Shown: positions 63,314 to 64,000 of the stretch, in pieces
How positions within the stretch are numbered: the stretch's first letter is position 1
How the letters are laid out: every line of letters starts with the position of its first letter
NCBI RefSeq assembly: GCF_018350175.1
Contig: NC_058368.1
Location: forward strand, 33,172,001 to 33,236,000
From: Felis catus
Lineage: Eukaryota
Direction: 5' to 3'
Length of the DNA stretch: 64,000 nt
Program-made: the position numbers and the translations under genes
The notes under the pieces: generated by a model
What the model saw: only the letters and a program-made list of their open reading frames with translations
Databases searched by the model: none
What the model was told of the DNA's origin: nothing

Positions 63314-64000
63314 GAAACAATGCTTTTTAAATCATTTGCTCGTTTCTCTAATTCTGGCTTTAGTTAACAAAGTCAAGGAACTGTTGTGGCTCTCTGCAAA
63401 GGAACAAAAGTTATATTGGCACAGGGTTGTTTCAAATTTCATTTGCCTACAGCAAGGTTTTGAAACTACTAAAACTGTTTTATGGAACATGAGAAAAGTG
63501 GTTTTCCTTTTGCTAATAAATGTCATTCTTACAGCCTCACTGATCAAATCTCATCTTCTCAGGCATAAACTAAAAGTTTATCCTACTGAAATTTATCTCA
63601 CATTTTTCTGCTGTCAGAACATCATAACCGTGTATAAAGCATAATGATTTCATCATGTGCTTTTTTTTTTTTTTTTTTTTTCAATCCAGATCCAGTCTTT
63701 TTGGACAAATGGTCTTATTTTAATCATGTGTCATTTTTTCAACGACCTAAGAAAGTCATTAAATTTTGTTTGTCCTTCTTTCATATGTGGATTAAGTAGT
63801 TGCTCACAGGAGGCTTGGACTTTTTTGGAAGTGGGATTTCCTTCCAACGCATGCAATTTGTGGGGGATGTCCCCTGATAAGTCTACTAATTTTACTATAG
63901 CCAAATAGCAACTAGTAAACAATTTATGGTAACTGTGTTTGTATTTATATGGTATGTGTTGTGGTGGTGGTATTGTTGTATGTATGGTTTTGTGAGTGGC

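Noticed and set aside
471..63330. Recurring peptides such as AQVMISRSVSSSP...SLEPVSDSVSPSLS and RQRETEHE...QAPGSELSAQSP as a protein family
   Set aside because: They are translations of CAN-SINE sequence in either orientation.
1..64000. A novel multi-gene or CRISPR-like system
   Set aside because: No long ORFs, operon structure or regularly spaced repeat-spacer array; the recurring 200-bp repeats are dispersed CAN-SINEs, most with their own TSD.

Overview
AT-rich mammalian non-coding DNA from a cat-family (Felidae/feliform) genome, judged from 31 tRNA-derived CAN-SINEs of the SINEC_Fc type and felid-type L1 3' ends. I cannot support any intact host protein-coding gene, RNA gene or CRISPR-like array; the window reads as intergenic or deep intronic. 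Nearly all ORFs in the track are SINE, L1, ERV-L or microsatellite read-through. The rest of the recognisable content is L1 fragments of several ages, ERV-L/MaLR LTRs and internal pol remnants, MIR/L2 relics, hAT and Tigger DNA transposon fossils, and microsatellites. I found no new biological system. The most notable items are retrotransposition footprints: (1) a TSD-bounded felid L1 at 59945-60568 that is both 5'-inverted and internally deleted (ORF1 fused to the ORF2 end), nested in an older L1 that is itself inverted; (2) a likely L1 3' transduction at 23050-23095; (3) a twin-priming inversion in an ancient L1MC at 43980-44690; (4) a SINE dimer inside one TSD; (5) short palindrome/duplication clusters suggesting template switching. 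Repeat subfamily names come from recalled consensus similarity, not a database search, and boundaries of old repeats are approximate.
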